DNA of 32,000 nucleotides from contig NZ_LT906458.1 in assembly GCF_900187275.1 (NCBI RefSeq), forward strand, positions 990,001 through 1,022,000, read 5' to 3'. The notes beneath the pieces were generated by a model. That model was given only the letters and a program-made list of their open reading frames with translations, was not told where the DNA came from and did not search any database. This DNA is from Pasteurella multocida (GTDB lineage: Bacteria; Pseudomonadota; Gammaproteobacteria; Enterobacterales; Pasteurellaceae). Position numbers and translations under genes: made by a program. Shown here one piece after another: positions 17,449 through 28,363 of the stretch (its first letter is position 1; the number at the start of each line of letters is the position of its first letter).

Positions 17449-19176
17449 CTAATTTAATGCTTTTTCAGCTAAAAAATCTTCAACTAATTGTTCAATTTCT
17501 ACGGCTGTTGGTTGCTGTAATGCCTTCATTGCTAAGGCTTTTGTATCTTCATAATTCACATTACGGATCAATTTCTTAATACGTGGTACAGAGATAGCAC
17601 TCATACTAAATTCATCCAAGCCCATACCTAAAAGTAATACCGCGGCTTTTTCATCACCCGCAAGCTCACCACACATGCCGGTCCATTTTCCTTCTGCATG
17701 CGAAGCATCAATCACCTGTTTAATTAAACTTAAGACAGAAGGTGACATTGGATTATACAGGTGAGAAATTAATTCATTACCACGGTCAACTGCTAATGTG
17801 TATTGTGTTAAATCGTTTGTTCCAATACTAAAGAAATCCACTTCTTTGGCTAAGAATTTGGCATTCACGGCTGCTGACGGTGTTTCTACCATGACACCGA
17901 TTTGAATACTTTCATCAAATGCCTTGCCTTCATTACGTAATTCTTGTTTCAAGGTTTCAATGACTGACTTCAATTCGCGAATCTCTTCCACCGAAATAAT
18001 CATTGGGAACATAACCGCTAACTTACCAAAAGCAGATGCGCGTAACACTGCTCTCAATTGTGCATGTAAAATTTCGCGACGGTCTAATGCGATACGAATT
18101 GCACGCCACCCTAAGAAGGGGTTCATTTCTTTTGGTAAATTTAAATAAGGAAGCTCTTTATCACCACCAATATCCATGGTACGTAAAATCACGAGGCGAC
18201 CATTCATCGCTTCAACAACGTCTTTGTAAGCAACAAATTGTTCTTCTTCAGTCGGTAATTGCTCACGATCCATAAATAAGAATTCGGTTCGATACAAGCC
18301 TACGCCTTCTGCCCCATTACGATCTGCTCCATCTACATCACGAATCGTACCAATATTGGCAACCACGTCGACACGATGACCATCTAAGGTTAACGCGGGT
18401 AAATCTTTTAATTTGGCTAATTCTGCTTTTTCTTCTAAGAGTTTTTGTTGTAAGCCTTTTAAGCGCGTTATTTCATCTTGTGATGGATTAACGTAAACGA
18501 CGTTATTCACCGCATCTAAAATCAGGTAATCGCCAGTATTCACTTGTGAAGTGACATGATTTGTTCCAACAATCGCCGGTAGCTCTAAAGAACGAGCCAT
18601 AATAGATGTGTGTGAAGTACGTCCACCGATGTCGGTAATAAAACCTAAGACTTTGTCTAAATTAAGCTGTGCTGTCTCAGAGGGCGTTAAATCATAAGCC
18701 ACCAAAATCGCTTCTTCGTTGATATCACCTAAATCAACAATATGCATGCCTAAAATATTTTTAATTAAACGATTACCAATATCTCGAATATCGCCGGCAC
18801 GTTCTCTTAAATATTCATCATCAATTTCAGATAACATCGTGACTTGCTGATCAATAATTTTACTTGCAGCTACACCCGCATTCACTTTATTTGTACGCAA
18901 ATAATCGATAATTTCTTCTTCCAACTCCTCATCTTCCAAGATCATCAAATGACCTTCAAAAATTGCTGCTTTTTCTTCACCTAAGGTCTTCGCCGCCCGA
19001 TCGCGAATGGCACTAAGCTGTTCTACTGCCGCATTTCGTCCTTGATAAAAACGTGCAATTTCCGAATCAATCTGAGATTCACTGATTTTTTGCATATCCA
19101 GTACAATTTTTTCTTCTTTAAGCACTAAGGCTTTACCAAAAACGATACCTGGTGAAGCTGGAATTCCTGAAATCAT
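17449..19176 (-). CDS. ptsI: Phosphoenolpyruvate-protein phosphotransferase (PTS enzyme I)
   Basis: 575 aa with the active-site region [18 protein letters not shown] and a C-terminal PEP-binding TIM barrel (GTNDLTQY). Confidence 0.97.
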   Translation of the reverse strand: MISGIPASPGIVFGKALVLKEEKIVLDMQKISESQIDSEIARFYQGRNAAVEQLSAIRDRAAKTLGEEKAAIFEGHLMILEDEELEEEIIDYLRTNKVNAGVAASKIIDQQVTMLSEIDDEYLRERAGDIRDIGNRLIKNILGMHIVDLGDINEEAILVAYDLTPSETAQLNLDKVLGFITDIGGRTSHTSIMARSLELPAIVGTNHVTSQVNTGDYLILDAVNNVVYVNPSQDEITRLKGLQQKLLEEKAELAKLKDLPALTLDGHRVDVVANIGTIRDVDGADRNGAEGVGLYRTEFLFMDREQLPTEEEQFVAYKDVVEAMNGRLVILRTMDIGGDKELPYLNLPKEMNPFLGWRAIRIALDRREILHAQLRAVLRASAFGKLAVMFPMIISVEEIRELKSVIETLKQELRNEGKAFDESIQIGVMVETPSAAVNAKFLAKEVDFFSIGTNDLTQYTLAVDRGNELISHLYNPMSPSVLSLIKQVIDASHAEGKWTGMCGELAGDEKAAVLLLGMGLDEFSMSAISVPRIKKLIRNVNYEDTKALAMKALQQPTAVEIEQLVEDFLAEKALN

Positions 19177-19259
19177 ATGTAACCTTCTGAACTTTACTAA
19201 AATGTGATGATGGAAAAATAAACGCCATAATGTGGACTCACATTATGGCTAACAATCAA

Positions 19260-19517
19260 TTATTCTAAGGTTGGAATAAGTGCGACTAAGTGTTCAACGG
19301 CTTTTTGCTCATCTTCGCCCTCTGCCGAAATCGTAATGACCGTACCTTGACTGAGTGCAAGTGTTTGTAATTTAAACAGACTTTTCGCACTCGCGCTTTT
19401 TCCCGCAGAAGTAACGGTAATATCAGAGGCAAAGGCTTTCACTTCTTTCACAAATTGTGCCGCAGGACGAGTATGTAATCCATTTGGTGCAATAATTTCA
19501 ACGTCTTTTGAGTACAT
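19260..19517 (-). CDS. ptsH: Phosphocarrier protein HPr
   Basis: 85 aa with [14 protein letters not shown] (His15 motif). Confidence 0.97.
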   Translation of the reverse strand: MYSKDVEIIAPNGLHTRPAAQFVKEVKAFASDITVTSAGKSASAKSLFKLQTLALSQGTVITISAEGEDEQKAVEHLVALIPTLE

Positions 19518-19677
19518 GTTTTTTTCCTTCTAAACAAAGAATAATTAACGTGAGAATAAGCGAGGTTATGACTTTCTAGCTTATATTGAGTACATTCCAT
19601 TTATTTTTGGATAAAAAATAAATCGAGCGGTAGTATCAATCCTTGTTGTTAAATAATCAAGATGGATCCAATAAAAA

Positions 19678-19693
19678 CTTGAGATAGATCACA
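19678..19693. promoter_or_regulatory. Possible CRP site upstream of ptsH
   Basis: Read on minus, TGTGA-TCTATC-TCAAG matches 8 of the 10 specified bases in TGTGA-N6-TCACA. It lies about 165 nt upstream of the ptsH ATG. E. coli ptsH has a CRP-dependent promoter. This is weak evidence. Confidence 0.25.
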
Positions 19694-19720
19694 AAAAAAC
19701 ACTCAAAAAGAGTGTTTTTT
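19693..19720 (-). terminator. Rho-independent terminator of rsgA
   Basis: Stem AACACTC/GAGTGTT with an A5/T5 loop, flanked by an A-run and a T-run (symmetric). It lies 28 nt downstream of the rsgA stop on minus. Confidence 0.75.
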
Positions 19721-19747
19721 AATCCCTTGTTAACATTCAATTAACGA

Positions 19748-20800
19748 CTAGTTTTCACTTGAGAAGTGCCGTTGTGATTTTGTTTCTTCAAGGCTAGCAA
19801 TTAAGCGATGATAATTGGCAAAACGCACCGAATGAATTTTACCTTGCTCCATCGCTTCACGTAATGCACAACCCGGATCATTCAAATGCTTACAATCGCG
19901 GAACTTACAGGTGCCTAAAAAATACTGGAATTCTCGGTAGCCACGCGTAATTTGCTCCTGATCTAAATGCCATAAACCAAACTCACGAATCCCCGGCGAA
20001 TCAATTAACTGTCCCCCTTGACGTAAATGATATAAACGTGAAGAGGTTGTGGTATGCTGACCCAAGCCTGAATTTTCGCTAATATCGCCAACTTGTGCAT
20101 TGACTTCAGGCAAAATATGATTGATCAAACTTGACTTACCCACTCCCGATTGCCCGACAAAGATGGAAGTTCCTTCATCAAAAAGTGCGGTCAGTTTTTC
20201 CATATTTTCCCCACTCAGCGCAGAAATCATCAGCGTTTGATAACCTATTTGCTGGTAAATACGTAACTGCGCTTCCACTTCAGCCCTTTCCTGATCGCTC
20301 AATAAATCCACTTTATTGACCACAATCACCGCGGGGATTTGTGCATTTTCACAAATGACTAAGTAGCGATCGATAATATTTAAAGAGAGGGTCGGCAACA
20401 CGGAGGAAACAATAATAATGCGATCAATATTAGCCGCGATCACTTTTAAACCATCATAATAATCGGGACGGGCAATTTCATTTTGCCGAGGTTTAATCGC
20501 TTCAATGACGCCACTTACACCTTGTAACTGTGCATTGCCTTTACGCCAAATCACACGATCCCCTACTACTAAACTGGATAACGTACGACGCAAATTGCAA
20601 CGAAAAATCTCGCCTGCGGCGTCTTCAACATCCGCATGAACAGAATAACGCGTCACAACAATGCCATCTTGTGACTCCCCTAACATGTCATCTTGCCAAT
20701 CAATCTCTTTTTTTTCACGACGTTGATGGCGATGTAAAGTTTTTTCGTTATTAGATTGAATGCGACGTTTTTGATTTTGCGTTAATTTACGTTTACTCAA
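19748..20800 (-). CDS. rsgA: Ribosome small-subunit-dependent GTPase A
   Basis: The start is trimmed to TTG at 20800 (SD AAGGA 7 nt upstream), giving 350 aa beginning (M)[12 protein letters not shown], colinear with E. coli RsgA (MSKNKLSKGQQRR). It has an OB domain, a circularly permuted GTPase (NKVDLL...[10 protein letters not shown]) and a C-terminal zinc knuckle ([14 protein letters not shown]). The 415-aa ORF-track version overlaps the orn start. Confidence 0.9.
20183..20191 (+). repeat. DNA uptake signal sequence core (Hin-type USS)
   Basis: Exact AAGTGCGGT inside rsgA. Confidence 0.9.
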
Positions 20801-20814
20801 TGACTTATCCTTAA

Positions 20815-20823
20815 AAGTGCGGT
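20815..20823 (+). repeat. DNA uptake signal sequence core (Hin-type USS)
   Basis: Exact AAGTGCGGT in the rsgA/orn divergent intergenic region. Confidence 0.9.
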
Positions 20824-20882
20824 CGTTTTTTATCAGATTTTCCGCTAGAATAGCGACAAAACAATTTACATAGGATAGCACC

Positions 20883-21437
20883 ATGCAGTTGGATAAACAA
20901 AATCTGATTTGGATTGATTTAGAAATGACCGGCTTAGACCCTGAAAGTGAACGTATTATTGAGATTGCAACTATTGTGACCGATAAACATCTCAATATTT
21001 TGGCAGAAGGACCTGTACTTGCGATTCATCAATCAGATGAATGTTTAGCGAAAATGAACGACTGGTGTATGAAAACCCATACAGAGAACGGCTTAGTTGA
21101 ACGTGTAAAAAACAGTCGTTTAACTGAACGAGCGGCAGAATTACAAACGCTAGATTTTCTAAAAAAATGGGTACCTAAAGGTGTTTCCCCCATTTGTGGG
21201 AATAGTGTTTCGCAAGATAAACGCTTTTTATTCAAATACATGCCTGAGTTAGCCGATTATTTTCACTATCGTCACCTAGATGTCAGTACGTTAAAAGAAT
21301 TAGCGAGTCGTTGGAAACCTGATGTGTTAAAAGGCTTTACCAAGAAAAACACTCACCTTGCGTTAGATGATATACGTGAATCTATCGCTGAACTGGCTTA
21401 CTACCGCGAACATTTTATTAATTTGAAAAATGAATAA
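20883..21437 (+). CDS. orn: Oligoribonuclease
   Basis: 184 aa DEDDh exonuclease ([13 protein letters not shown]..., ...[16 protein letters not shown]). It is divergent from rsgA, as in E. coli. Confidence 0.96.
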   Translation: MQLDKQNLIWIDLEMTGLDPESERIIEIATIVTDKHLNILAEGPVLAIHQSDECLAKMNDWCMKTHTENGLVERVKNSRLTERAAELQTLDFLKKWVPKGVSPICGNSVSQDKRFLFKYMPELADYFHYRHLDVSTLKELASRWKPDVLKGFTKKNTHLALDDIRESIAELAYYREHFINLKNE

Positions 21438-21442
21438 TCTGA

Positions 21443-21483
21443 AAAAGTGACTTTCAATCAAACGAAAAGTCACTTTTCTTTTT
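21443..21483 (+). terminator. Rho-independent terminator of orn
   Basis: AAAAGTGACTTT (21443-21454) pairs with AAAGTCACTTTT (21466-21477), followed by CTTTTT. Confidence 0.8.
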
Positions 21484-21605
21484 AAGAGCAACATAAAAAG
21501 CCTAACTGATGCACTGTTTCATTAGCCAAAGAATACCAAAACGACCGAATAATACAGCGAACTGTCGATTATCCAAGCAATCTCAATTTTTTTCACATTT
21601 TACAC

Positions 21606-21633
21606 TTGCACCCTAGCATTTTTTTCGTATAAT
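21606..21633 (+). promoter_or_regulatory. Promoter of the tRNA-Gly pair
   Basis: TTGCAC (21606-21611), 16-nt spacer, TATAAT (21628-21633), then the GC-rich discriminator GTCCGCC typical of stable-RNA promoters. It lies about 37 nt upstream of the first tRNA. Confidence 0.6.
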
Positions 21634-21669
21634 GTCCGCCTGTCGCTGTTAAACAGTGAAAAATATTAT

Positions 21670-21745
21670 GCGGGAATAGCTCAGTTGGTAGAGCACAACC
21701 TTGCCAAGGTTGGGGTCGCGAGTTCGAGCCTCGTTTCCCGCTCCA
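21670..21745 (+). tRNA. tRNA-Gly (anticodon GCC)
   Basis: 76 nt, GCGGGAATAGCTCAGTTGGTAGAGCACAACCTTGCCAAGGTTGGGGTCGCGAGTTCGAGCCTCGTTTCCCGCTCCA. It has a cloverleaf, anticodon loop CTTGCCAAG and encoded CCA. It is near-identical to E. coli glyV/X/Y. Confidence 0.97.
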
Positions 21746-21775
21746 ATATTTCAACAAATCAATACCATATTCTAC

Positions 21776-21851
21776 GCGGGAATAGCTCAGTTGGTAGAGC
21801 ACAACCTTGCCAAGGTTGGGGTCGCGAGTTCGAGCCTCGTTTCCCGCTCCA
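21776..21851 (+). tRNA. tRNA-Gly (anticodon GCC), second identical copy
   Basis: Identical 76-nt sequence, 30 nt downstream of the first copy. Confidence 0.97.
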
Positions 21852-21995
21852 AATTTTCTTATCAAATCCAAAATAATCTGTTTTTCTTAACGCGCTTTTT
21901 CACCTACAAAATTTGCTTTTAGACTATGTAATCGATGAAAAGTAAGGTACAATTTTGGTTCGTTTTAACCGCCAACTTAGTGATAAAAGACATTC

Positions 21996-22493
21996 ATGAC
22001 TGACGTTTCCCGCTATTCTCAATTCATCCCAAATGAAACAGCAATGTGCCAATTTGGTCGCCATATTGTTGAGGCAATAAACAATATTCATACCAACAAC
22101 GCGATTACTGTCTATCTAAACGGCGATTTAGGCGCAGGGAAAACCACTTTAAGTCGTGGTATCATTCAGGCACTAGGTCATCGAGGGAATGTAAAAAGTC
22201 CAACTTATACATTAGTTGAGGAATACCATTTACCCACTAAAACTGTCTATCATTTCGACTTATACCGTCTAAGTGATCCCGAGGAACTTGAGTTTATGGG
22301 TATTCGAGACTATTTCAATGCAAACTGTCTATGCTTAATTGAGTGGGCTGAAAAAGGACAAGGCATACTGTCGGAAGCGGATTTACTTATCAATATCCAA
22401 TATGTTGATCATGCGAGAAATCTTGAATTAATCGCGAATTCTCCACAAGGTGAACAAATTATTGCACAACTTAGAAAAATCGAAATCACATAG
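21996..22493 (+). CDS. tsaE: tRNA t6A37 threonylcarbamoyladenosine biosynthesis ATPase TsaE
   Basis: 165 aa with [31 protein letters not shown]....[17 protein letters not shown], diagnostic of YjeE/TsaE. Confidence 0.93.
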   Translation: MTDVSRYSQFIPNETAMCQFGRHIVEAINNIHTNNAITVYLNGDLGAGKTTLSRGIIQALGHRGNVKSPTYTLVEEYHLPTKTVYHFDLYRLSDPEELEFMGIRDYFNANCLCLIEWAEKGQGILSEADLLINIQYVDHARNLELIANSPQGEQIIAQLRKIEIT

Positions 22494-22497
22494 CACA

Positions 22498-23727
22498 ATG
22501 AAAAAATATCGTTTTATTTCACTTTTCTTTGCAACAATACTTTTTATTTCAACACCATTATTCGCAAATAATGTGTGGACCATTGCTATTGACCCTGGAC
22601 ATGGTGGCACCGATCCGGGTGCGATTAGTCGTCAATTAAAAATGTATGAAAAAAATGTGACACTCTCTATTGCGAGAGAGCTCAAGATGCTCCTTGATAA
22701 AGATCCACATTTCAAAGGGGTACTCACACGTACTGGTGATTATTTTATTTCGGTCCCGAAACGTTCTGAAATTGCCCGTAAACATAAAGCCAACCTTTTG
22801 ATTTCGATCCATGCTGACTCAAATTTATCGCCTTTATTACGTGGCGCATCCGTTTGGGTACTTTCGAATCGTCGTGCAAACAGTGAAATGGGACAATGGT
22901 TAGAGGATCACGAAAAACGTTCCGAACTGCTCGGCGGCGCCGGCACGGTTTTGGCCTCCCACAATGAAAAGTATTTAGATCAAACCGTCTTAGATCTCCA
23001 ATTTGGTCACAGTCAACGTGTTGGTTATGAACTCGGTTCTATCGTCTTAAAACGCTTTGCCAAAATTACGACCTTAAATCGAAGTACGCCACAGCATGCC
23101 AGCCTTGGCGTGTTACGCTCGCCGGATATTCCTTCTATCTTAGTTGAAACAGGCTTTCTCTCGAACGTCGATGAAGAGAAAAAACTCAGCACTTTGGCTT
23201 ATCGTAAAAAAGTGGCTTATATGATTTACGAAAGCCTAGTGGAATACCGTAAAAAATCAGTTGCGAATGAGCCAAAAAACAAATCCCCAACAACAGTCGA
23301 AAGCAATGCAACACAGACGACGCTCACAGACAGTGGACTACGTCATAAAGTCAAAGCAGGGGAAAATCTTACCGGCGTTGCACGCAAATATGGGGTGAAA
23401 GTGAATGATATCTTAGCACTCAATAAATTAAAACGACGCGAATTATGGATTGGTGAAACCTTAAAAATTCCTGCTAGCGGAAAAGCCAGTGAAAAAACCA
23501 CACCAGCTACAACCAGTAAAGTGACAGAAACAAAAACGAAAGTCGTAAGCAACACAACATCGGAATCAAAAGAGAAACTGCCGAAATACCATACTGTGAA
23601 AAAAGGGCAAACACTCTACGCGATTGCCAGAGAGTACCATATTCCACCAAATCAGCTATTAAAATTAAATCCCCATTTAAAAGATGGCAAAGTGTTAACA
23701 GGACAAAAAATTAAATTGAGAGATTGA
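22498..23727 (+). CDS. amiB: N-acetylmuramoyl-L-alanine amidase with two C-terminal LysM domains
   Basis: The start is trimmed to [16 protein letters not shown] (signal peptide; ATG 22498, 4 nt after the tsaE stop). It has an Amidase_3 core ([14 protein letters not shown]...SIHADS...ETGFLSN) and two LysM repeats ([18 protein letters not shown]..., [19 protein letters not shown]...). Confidence 0.92.
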   Translation: MKKYRFISLFFATILFISTPLFANNVWTIAIDPGHGGTDPGAISRQLKMYEKNVTLSIARELKMLLDKDPHFKGVLTRTGDYFISVPKRSEIARKHKANLLISIHADSNLSPLLRGASVWVLSNRRANSEMGQWLEDHEKRSELLGGAGTVLASHNEKYLDQTVLDLQFGHSQRVGYELGSIVLKRFAKITTLNRSTPQHASLGVLRSPDIPSILVETGFLSNVDEEKKLSTLAYRKKVAYMIYESLVEYRKKSVANEPKNKSPTTVESNATQTTLTDSGLRHKVKAGENLTGVARKYGVKVNDILALNKLKRRELWIGETLKIPASGKASEKTTPATTSKVTETKTKVVSNTTSESKEKLPKYHTVKKGQTLYAIAREYHIPPNQLLKLNPHLKDGKVLTGQKIKLRD

Positions 23728-23732
23728 TCAGC

Positions 23733-25586
23733 ATGGCAATTAAAGTTCTTTCTCCTCAGCTTGCTAACCAGATCGCCGCGGGCGAAGTCGTTGAACGCCC
23801 AGCTTCTGTGGTGAAAGAGTTGGTCGAAAATAGTTTAGATGCAGGCGCAACACGTATTCAAATCGATATTGAAAACGGGGGCAATACTTTAATGCGGATC
23901 CGTGATAATGGTATTGGTATTGCAAAAGACGAGCTAAGTCTGGCACTAGCACGTCATGCTACAAGCAAAATTGCCAGTCTAGATGACCTTGATAATATTT
24001 TAAGCCTTGGCTTTCGTGGTGAAGCACTCGCCAGTATCAGCTCTGTTTCACGTTTAACACTCACCTCACGTCCAGCAACACAAAATGAAGCATGGCAAGT
24101 TTATGCTCAGGGGCGAGAGATGGAAACGACTTTACAACCGGCTTCTCATCCCGTTGGTACGACAGTTGAAGTAGCAAATTTATTTTTTAACACGCCAGCA
24201 CGCCGTAAATTTCTGCGCACAGATAAAACGGAATTTGCCCATATTGATGAAGTGATTCGCCGTATCGCCTTAGCCAAAATGGCAATTGCGTTTACCTTAA
24301 CTCATAATGGAAAAATCGTACGCCAGTATCGCAGTGCTCATGATCGCACGCAAAAGTTAAAACGGGTCTCGGCAATTTGTGGGGATGAATTTGTCCAGAA
24401 TGCGCTCGAAATTGATTGGAAACACGATGATCTACATTTATCTGGTTGGGTTGCTCAGCCAACTTTTTCACGTACACAAAATGATCTAAGTTATTGCTAT
24501 ATTAATGGCAGAATGGTACGAGATAAGATCATTACTCATGCGATTCGCCAAGCCTATGCAGATTTTTTAAGCCCAGAACAATATCCTGCTTTTGTCTTGT
24601 TTATTGATTTAAATCCTAACGATGTGGATGTGAATGTCCATCCAACCAAACATGAAGTGCGTTTCCACCAGCAACGTTTAGTGCATGATTTTATTTGTCA
24701 AGGAATCAGTAACGCCCTTCATTCTGAACAAGCGAGCTTATATCAAACGAACGAGGCATGTGTCTCCGCAAACTATCAGGTAGAGGAAAGCGCGCAGCAT
24801 GAATATCGCCCAAGTTATAGCAAGCCGAATCGTGCAGCGGCGGGACAAAATATCTTTGACTCCTCCACCACTACGCTATCAACCGCTTTATTTCAAACGA
24901 ATAAAAAAAATACGCAAAATAGACCGCACTTTTCGACTAATATCCCTGCTACGCGGATAAGTAAAACAGAACAGGCAGCTTACAGCGCCCTATTATCCAA
25001 CATTGAAATGGCGACGGTCTTACCTCAAGAGGATGGCGTGTTACTCGAGAGAACCCCCCCCTCTATTCTAAAAGCTCTCGCCTTAGTTGAAAACAAAGCC
25101 TTGTTGCTACAACAGCAACAACAATTTTATTTATTATCTTTACAGCAATTACAGCGCTTAAAAATCGAACTGAGTTTACAACGTGACCCCGTATTGCAAC
25201 AGCCATTACTCATTCCGATTGTATTTCGATTAAATCCACAACAGCTGACTTACTGGCAACAACAAAAAGCTTTCTTTACTCAAATTGGGTTTGAATTTCA
25301 TGAAAACCTCGGACAGCAACGTATTACGCTAAACCGTGTACCAAGCTGTTTGCGTCAACAAAACTTACAGAAATGTATCATCGTGTTACTCTCGCAGCCT
25401 CTTGATACCTTTTCTCATTTCTTAACAACGCTTTGTGACGTGATCGAATTGGAACAAATAACGGTCTATGCCGATGCCGTTACCTTACTCACTGAAACAG
25501 AGCAATTGCTTAATCAGAAACAAGCTATCCGATTATCCGAATTATTCATCGAGCTTAATTGGCAAGCTTACTTGGAAAAAATGTAA
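23733..25586 (+). CDS. mutL: DNA mismatch repair protein MutL
   Basis: ATG at 23733 gives [38 protein letters not shown], the GHKL ATPase N-terminus. This is followed by a variable linker and a C-terminal dimerisation domain. The ORF-track TTG at 23724 overlaps the amiB stop and is the less likely start. Confidence 0.95.
   Translation: MAIKVLSPQLANQIAAGEVVERPASVVKELVENSLDAGATRIQIDIENGGNTLMRIRDNGIGIAKDELSLALARHATSKIASLDDLDNILSLGFRGEALASISSVSRLTLTSRPATQNEAWQVYAQGREMETTLQPASHPVGTTVEVANLFFNTPARRKFLRTDKTEFAHIDEVIRRIALAKMAIAFTLTHNGKIVRQYRSAHDRTQKLKRVSAICGDEFVQNALEIDWKHDDLHLSGWVAQPTFSRTQNDLSYCYINGRMVRDKIITHAIRQAYADFLSPEQYPAFVLFIDLNPNDVDVNVHPTKHEVRFHQQRLVHDFICQGISNALHSEQASLYQTNEACVSANYQVEESAQHEYRPSYSKPNRAAAGQNIFDSSTTTLSTALFQTNKKNTQNRPHFSTNIPATRISKTEQAAYSALLSNIEMATVLPQEDGVLLERTPPSILKALALVENKALLLQQQQQFYLLSLQQLQRLKIELSLQRDPVLQQPLLIPIVFRLNPQQLTYWQQQKAFFTQIGFEFHENLGQQRITLNRVPSCLRQQNLQKCIIVLLSQPLDTFSHFLTTLCDVIELEQITVYADAVTLLTETEQLLNQKQAIRLSELFIELNWQAYLEKM
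24923..24931 (-). repeat. DNA uptake signal sequence core (Hin-type USS)
   Basis: Exact ACCGCACTT inside the mutL linker. Confidence 0.9.
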
Positions 25587-25590
25587 TCAC

Positions 25591-26541
25591 ATGCCTTTAA
25601 CAACACCTACTGCCATTTTCTTAATGGGTCCCACTGCCTCTGGCAAAACAGACTTAGCAATTCAGTTACGTCAGACGCTACCCGTTGAAGTTATCAGTGT
25701 CGATTCCGCTTTAATCTATCGTGGTATGGATATTGGAACTGCCAAACCGAGCGCAGAAGAACTCACTTTAGCGCCTCATCGTTTAATTGATATTTGTGAT
25801 CCTGCTGAAAGTTACTCTGCGGCTAATTTTCGTCAAGATGCACTACGGGAAATGGCCGATATCATTGCAGCTGGCAAAATTCCGCTTTTAGTCGGCGGAA
25901 CGATGTTGTATTACAAAGCCTTGTTAGAAGGGCTTTCTCCGTTGCCTTCAGCAGATGAAAAAGTGCGGTCAGAAATTGAACAAAAAGCGCAGCTGCAAGG
26001 CTGGGCAGCCCTACACCAAGAACTGGCTAAGATCGATCCTCTCGCGGCACAGCGCATTAATCCAAATGATTCGCAGCGTATTAATCGTGCGTTAGAGGTT
26101 TTCTATTTAACAGGGAAATCCCTGAGCGAACTGAGCCAGCAAAAAGGGGACAGCCTCCCCTACCAAATCCTGCAATTTGCTATTGCACCAAAAGATCGCA
26201 GTATCTTACATGATCGCATTGCGTTACGTTTCCAAAAAATGATCGAACAGGGTTTCCAACAAGAAGTTGAAAAGCTCTATCAACGTGAGGATTTACATTT
26301 GGATCTTCCTTCTATGCGCTGTGTAGGCTATCGACAAATGTGGGAATATTTGCGTGGTGATTACGATCACGACGAGATGATTTTCCGTGGTATTTGTGCC
26401 ACGCGCCAGTTGGCAAAACGTCAAATTACTTGGTTACGAGGTTGGAAATATCCAATTGAATGGCTTGATAGTTTAGCAATCGAAAGTGCTAAACAAACGA
26501 TTATTCATGCGGTAACGAAGATAAGTCATTCAAACAGTTAA
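25591..26541 (+). CDS. miaA: tRNA dimethylallyltransferase
   Basis: The start is trimmed to [24 protein letters not shown] (P-loop) at 25591, 4 nt after the mutL stop, giving 316 aa. The ORF-track extension overlaps mutL. Confidence 0.95.
   Translation: MPLTTPTAIFLMGPTASGKTDLAIQLRQTLPVEVISVDSALIYRGMDIGTAKPSAEELTLAPHRLIDICDPAESYSAANFRQDALREMADIIAAGKIPLLVGGTMLYYKALLEGLSPLPSADEKVRSEIEQKAQLQGWAALHQELAKIDPLAAQRINPNDSQRINRALEVFYLTGKSLSELSQQKGDSLPYQILQFAIAPKDRSILHDRIALRFQKMIEQGFQQEVEKLYQREDLHLDLPSMRCVGYRQMWEYLRGDYDHDEMIFRGICATRQLAKRQITWLRGWKYPIEWLDSLAIESAKQTIIHAVTKISHSNS
25961..25969 (+). repeat. DNA uptake signal sequence core (Hin-type USS)
   Basis: Exact AAGTGCGGT inside miaA. Confidence 0.9.
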
Positions 26542-26592
26542 AAAATAATTACGGTTCAGTGATGACAATAAATTAATTTATTGTTATATTGA

Positions 26593-26961
<369 letters not shown>

Positions 26962-26968
26962 TTTCAAG

Positions 26969-28315
26969 TTGAACACATTTATTGCAAGTGCGGTAGATCT
27001 TCAGAATGAATCGACCGCACTTTCTTCATTACCTTCACCACATTCTGAATCCCTTTTTGATCGTGCGATCATTGTTCATTGTTTCTTAGCGCAAGATCGC
27101 AATGACGATGACTTGTTAGAATTCAAATTATTAGCCAAATCCGCCAACGTTGACATTCTCTCTGTTATCACCAGTACTCGTCATACACCCCAAGCTAAAT
27201 ATTTCGTTGGGCAAGGCAAAGCGGAAGAAATCGCAGAAGCGGTGCAAAATACGCAAGCCGATGTCGTCTTAGTCAACCATGCACTCACCCCTGCACAAAC
27301 ACGTAATTTAGAAAGCCTTTGTCAATGTCGCGTTGTAGATCGCACTGGAGTAATTCTCGATATTTTTGCCCAAAGAGCACGCTCACATGAAGGTAAATTA
27401 CAAGTTGAATTGGCGCAACTAAAACACTTATCAACTCGTCTTGTTCGCCGAAAAACAGGGCTTGATCAACAAAAAGGAGCGGTAGGACTACGCGGACCGG
27501 GTGAAACACAGTTAGAAACTGATCGTCGTTTAATTAAAGTGCGCATTTCTCAGCTTCAAAGCCGTTTGGCAAAAGTGGAAAAGCAACGCCATCAGAATCG
27601 CCAAACAAGACAAAAAGCAGATATTCCGACGATTTCCTTAGTTGGTTATACTAATGCGGGAAAATCCACCTTGTTTAATTTAATCACCCAAGCCAATGTG
27701 TACGCAGCCGATCAACTGTTTGCGACACTCGACCCCACCTTACGCCGTCTGCAAATTCAAGATGTCGGGACCACGATTTTAGCGGATACAGTAGGCTTTA
27801 TTCGCCATTTACCTCATGATTTAGTTTCTGCTTTCAAATCAACATTACAAGAAACTACGGAAGCTGCCCTTTTATTACATGTTATTGATTGTGCAGATCC
27901 GCGTAAATTAGAGAATATTCACGCAGTTGAAACTGTGTTAAAAGAAATTAATGCAGGTGATATTCCAACCTTATTGGTATATAACAAGATCGATCAAGTA
28001 GCTCATATCGAACCACATATTGAATATGATCAAGAACAGCGCCCTATCGCAGTTTACATGTCCGCACAAACAGGCATCGGACTGCCTTTATTATTAGATG
28101 CCATCAGTCTATGTTTAAAAAATGAAATTTTGGATTTAGCGCTTACCTTGCCAGTGCATACGGGTAAAATACGCCATGCCTTATACCAACAGGACTGTAT
28201 TCAGCATGAACAGATTAACGAACAAGGTGAATTCTTATTAGCGATTCGTATTGATAAAGTCGCATGGCTAAAATTATTGAAACAATTTCCAGAACTCGAG
28301 ACTTTTATATGTTAA
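26969..28315 (+). CDS. hflX: GTPase HflX
   Basis: 448 aa from the only in-frame start codon (TTG at 26969, weak SD). Homology to HflX begins at ...[11 protein letters not shown] (E. coli MFDRYD...). It has the HflX N-domain, a coiled linker, and a G-domain [12 protein letters not shown]...DTVGFI..LPH.LV.AF..TL. The exact start is uncertain. Confidence 0.88.
   Translation: MNTFIASAVDLQNESTALSSLPSPHSESLFDRAIIVHCFLAQDRNDDDLLEFKLLAKSANVDILSVITSTRHTPQAKYFVGQGKAEEIAEAVQNTQADVVLVNHALTPAQTRNLESLCQCRVVDRTGVILDIFAQRARSHEGKLQVELAQLKHLSTRLVRRKTGLDQQKGAVGLRGPGETQLETDRRLIKVRISQLQSRLAKVEKQRHQNRQTRQKADIPTISLVGYTNAGKSTLFNLITQANVYAADQLFATLDPTLRRLQIQDVGTTILADTVGFIRHLPHDLVSAFKSTLQETTEAALLLHVIDCADPRKLENIHAVETVLKEINAGDIPTLLVYNKIDQVAHIEPHIEYDQEQRPIAVYMSAQTGIGLPLLLDAISLCLKNEILDLALTLPVHTGKIRHALYQQDCIQHEQINEQGEFLLAIRIDKVAWLKLLKQFPELETFIC
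26986..26994 (+). repeat. DNA uptake signal sequence core (Hin-type USS), left arm of an inverted pair
   Basis: Exact AAGTGCGGT, 25 nt after the hfq stop. Confidence 0.9.
27014..27022 (-). repeat. DNA uptake signal sequence core (Hin-type USS), right arm of an inverted pair
   Basis: Exact ACCGCACTT. It pairs with 26986-26994 (9-bp stem, 19-nt loop) and is followed by TCTTCATT. Confidence 0.9.
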
Positions 28316-28330
28316 AAGTGGCTAAAAACA

Positions 28331-28361
28331 AAAAAGGACAAATTCACTTTTGTCCTTTTTT
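28331..28361. terminator. Bidirectional terminator between convergent hflX and tyrR
   Basis: AAAGGACAAA (28333-28342) pairs with TTTGTCCTTT (48-57 of the same hundred), loop TTCAC. An A-run lies to the left and a T-run to the right. Confidence 0.85.
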
Positions 28362-28363
28362 GT

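Noticed and set aside
20708-20715. A8/T8 homopolymer inside rsgA (REKKEI), and A8 runs at 641-648 and 793-800
   Set aside because: A/T runs of 8 are common in an AT-rich genome. There is no functional rationale comparable to the mutL case.
20801-20995. 65-codon N-terminal extension of rsgA in the ORF track (415 aa), overlapping the orn start
   Set aside because: The extension has no homology to RsgA, runs through a USS and the divergent orn promoter and start, and is simply stop-free. A TTG at 20800 with an AAGGA SD gives a 350-aa protein colinear with E. coli RsgA.
21593-21922. Three small ORFs (92, 63 and 73 aa) overlapping the tRNA-Gly genes
   Set aside because: They are translations of the tRNA sequences themselves, shown by the duplicated peptide motifs from the two identical tRNAs. 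They are not coding.
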